Shown here in pieces: positions 29,892 through 32,000 of a stretch of 32,000 nucleotides of DNA; the first letter of the stretch is position 1, and every line of letters starts with the position of its first letter. Position numbers and translations under genes: made by a program. This DNA is from Candidatus Pelagibacter sp. HTCC7211 (lineage in GTDB: Bacteria; Pseudomonadota; Alphaproteobacteria; Pelagibacterales; Pelagibacteraceae), in NCBI RefSeq assembly GCF_000155895.1, contig NZ_DS995298.1, positions 510,001 to 542,000 of the forward strand. The letters run 5' to 3'. The notes beneath the pieces were generated by a model. That model was not told the DNA's origin, searched no databases, and worked only from the letters and a program-made list of their open reading frames with translations.

Positions 29892-31283
29892 ATGACTAAT
29901 TATACTAAGAATATAAATAATATTTTTTACATTTTTGTTTTATTACATCTTATATTTTGGACATTGGTTCCCTCTCTAACAAATCAAAATTTACCACTTG
30001 ATACTATCGAGGCTTTAGCTTGGGGAAGTAATTTAGATTGGGGATTTAACAAACATCCTCCAATGAGTGCATTTTTTCCAGAAGTTTTTTTTCAAATTTT
30101 TGGTTCACAAGATTGGGCTTATTATTTACTTAGTCAAATTTTTGTAATTATTTCTTTTTATTATGTGTTTAAATTTTCTAAAGAATTTTTTAATAATGAT
30201 ATACTGGGTTTAATTTCAGTCTTACTTATTGAAGCAATTTATTTTTATAATTTCACAACTCCCGAATTTAACGTTAATGTTTGCCAACTACCATTTTGGT
30301 CATTAACAGTTTATTTTTCATGGAAAATTTATACTAGCAAAGAAATAAAATTTACTGACTGTTTTTTAGTTGGTTTATTTGCTGCATTTGGATTTTTATC
30401 AAAATATTTATTTTTTTATCTTTTAGTTTCAATTGATCTTTTATTTATCTATTTAATATTTATTAAGAGAGAAAGAAAGTTTGATTTTAAATATTTAATA
30501 ACTTTTGAAATATTTTTAATTATTTTAGTCCCTCATTTAATTTGGCTCAATAATAACGATTTTATAACTTTAACTTATGGACTTGCCAGAACTGGATTAG
30601 AACAATCTAGTGTAATTGATCACATAAAATTCCCATTTATTTTTTTAATAAAACAAATTGGATTATTAATTCCATTCTTAATTTTAGTTTGGCTATTAAT
30701 AAAAAAAATTAAATTCAAATTTAATTTTAAAGATAAAAAATTACTTTTTTTATTGGCAATTAACATTTTACCAATCTTACTCATGTTGATAACATCAGTA
30801 GTTACAGGGTCTAAGATCAGAACAATGTGGATGACACCGTTTTATTTATTTTTTGGCACTTTATTTATTTATGTATTTAAATCAGAAATAAACATCAAAA
30901 AACTTAAAAAATTTGCTTTTGGTTTTTTACTTTTATTTTTATTAAGCCCTTCACTTTATGCTTACGTGTCTCTTTCAAAAGATAACAAAAGAACTGACTA
31001 TTTTGGAAGACAAATTGCAGATCTTGTTGATAGAAGATGGTCTGAAAATTTCTCAAATGATATCATGTATGTAGTAGGTGATGAATGGCATGCCGGTAAT
31101 TTGTCTTATCATTTAAGTGATAGGCCTAAATGGTTCCTTAGTATTGATGGAAAAGTCGACAAATTAGACCCCTCTGGTGGATTAATTTATGTTGGTAATC
31201 CAGAAATATTAAAAAATTTATGTCCTGGGGAATTTGGTAAAATTGCCAAACAGGGCATTTGTATGATTGGATTAAGAAAATAA
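29892..31283 (+). CDS. Polytopic membrane glycosyltransferase, GT39/GT83-like (ArnT/PMT family)
   Basis: 463 aa with at least 10 hydrophobic segments. An early periplasmic loop reads ...PLDTIEALAWGSNLDWGFNKHPPM, an Asp-containing loop typical of GT-C enzymes. A soluble C-terminal domain follows, and a GT2 gene comes next. Confidence 0.6.
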   Translation: MTNYTKNINNIFYIFVLLHLIFWTLVPSLTNQNLPLDTIEALAWGSNLDWGFNKHPPMSAFFPEVFFQIFGSQDWAYYLLSQIFVIISFYYVFKFSKEFFNNDILGLISVLLIEAIYFYNFTTPEFNVNVCQLPFWSLTVYFSWKIYTSKEIKFTDCFLVGLFAAFGFLSKYLFFYLLVSIDLLFIYLIFIKRERKFDFKYLITFEIFLIILVPHLIWLNNNDFITLTYGLARTGLEQSSVIDHIKFPFIFLIKQIGLLIPFLILVWLLIKKIKFKFNFKDKKLLFLLAINILPILLMLITSVVTGSKIRTMWMTPFYLFFGTLFIYVFKSEINIKKLKKFAFGFLLLFLLSPSLYAYVSLSKDNKRTDYFGRQIADLVDRRWSENFSNDIMYVVGDEWHAGNLSYHLSDRPKWFLSIDGKVDKLDPSGGLIYVGNPEILKNLCPGEFGKIAKQGICMIGLRK

Positions 31284-32000
31284 ATGAAAATTATATTATT
31301 AATTCCAATTTATAATGACAGGGAATCTTTAAAAAAATTAATCGAAAATATTAATTTTGAAATACAAGATTTAAATTCTGAAATATCAGTTGTTGTTATA
31401 AATGACGCTTCATCTCAACAAATAATAGATACTTATCAAAACTTAGAAAATATTAATTCTTTTGAAATCATCAATATGAAAGAAAATAGGGGTCATGCAA
31501 GATGTATCGCCTCAGGATTAAAATATATTTTTGAGAAAAAAGAATTTGATTATGTAATTCCAATGGATGGCGATGGAGAAGATAGACCTGAAGAGATTAA
31601 AAACTTCATTGAACTTTCGGAACAAGTAGGAGAACAGTCAATTGTTGGAGAGAGAGTGAAGCGGTCAGAGGGATTATTGTTTCAAATATGTTATAAATTT
31701 CACAAATTTTTAACTTTAGCATTTACAGGTCAGTCAATTAAATTTGGAAACTTTACTTGTCTTTCAAAATCAACAATTGAAAAAATGCTAAAGGAAAAGG
31801 CTACTTGGAGTAGTTTTTCAGGGTCATTAAGAAAAATAGAAAAAGATTTAGTATCTTTACCCTCTATTAGGGGCGTCAGATATTTTGGACCCTCAAAAAT
31901 GAGTTTTTTTAATTTATTAAAACACTCTCTTTCAATTATTAGTGTATTTCGTAAAACAGTTTTAATTCGTTCCGCTTTATTTATAGTTTTTTATATTCTT
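31284..32000 (+). CDS. Glycosyltransferase family 2 (polyprenyl-phosphate sugar synthase-like, ArnC/DPM1-type); 3' end outside the window
   Basis: It is absent from the ORF track because no stop is reached. The ATG at 31284 lies directly after the GT39 stop, and the frame stays open through 32000 (239 codons). Motifs: ILLIPIYNDRESL, VVVINDASSQ, ENRGHARC and PMDGDGED (DxD). A hydrophobic stretch appears at the end (VLIRSALFIVFYIL). Confidence 0.8.
   Translation, partial: MKIILLIPIYNDRESLKKLIENINFEIQDLNSEISVVVINDASSQQIIDTYQNLENINSFEIINMKENRGHARCIASGLKYIFEKKEFDYVIPMDGDGEDRPEEIKNFIELSEQVGEQSIVGERVKRSEGLLFQICYKFHKFLTLAFTGQSIKFGNFTCLSKSTIEKMLKEKATWSSFSGSLRKIEKDLVSLPSIRGVRYFGPSKMSFFNLLKHSLSIISVFRKTVLIRSALFIVFYIL

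Overview
This 32 kb window is very AT-rich and tightly packed, and it reads like a core chromosomal segment of a SAR11/Pelagibacterales-type marine alphaproteobacterium. That assignment rests on the proteorhodopsin sequence, gene order, composition and frequent gene overlaps; no database search was run.

Gene content, left to right:
- ftsQ (3' part), a short gene in the ftsA position, lpxC, bamD, ligA
- Opposite strand: an M24 Xaa-Pro aminopeptidase and a UvrD/Rep-family helicase
- An AsmA-like membrane protein, fumC, a MazG-like NTP pyrophosphohydrolase, nadC and nadA
- tRNA-Leu(GAG), followed by two tandem type IV pilin genes
- ygfZ, pyrC, a PrpE-like acyl-CoA synthetase
- Proteorhodopsin with its own terminator, then a 2Fe-2S ferredoxin, a TrxR-type ferredoxin-NADP reductase and a YfcG-like GST
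- A PhyH-family dioxygenase and a TPR/GT9-like protein, then a divergent MOSC protein
- A four-gene polar-amino-acid-type ABC transporter
- A DksA-like protein, a GT39 (ArnT/PMT-like) membrane glycosyltransferase and a GT2 gene truncated at the window edge

I found no CRISPR array, transposase, integrase or recognisable defence system. Most of the window is ordinary housekeeping sequence.

Observations most worth a second look:
1. The second pilin gene has an in-frame TAA. A 65-codon stop-free, Cys-rich continuation follows it.
2. The adjacent PhyH and TPR/GT9 genes share a roughly 50 nt direct repeat at their 3' ends. In the TPR gene the shared tail is out of frame just after an A8 tract.
3. 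The proteorhodopsin carries Gln at the spectral-tuning position, the blue-type residue.
4. The DksA homologue keeps only one of the four zinc-finger cysteines and has a Lys/Val heptad-repeat N-terminus.
5. The 233 aa gene in the ftsA position has a C-terminal amphipathic helix, and no ftsZ follows it.

All functional calls come from reading the translated sequences and recognising motifs.
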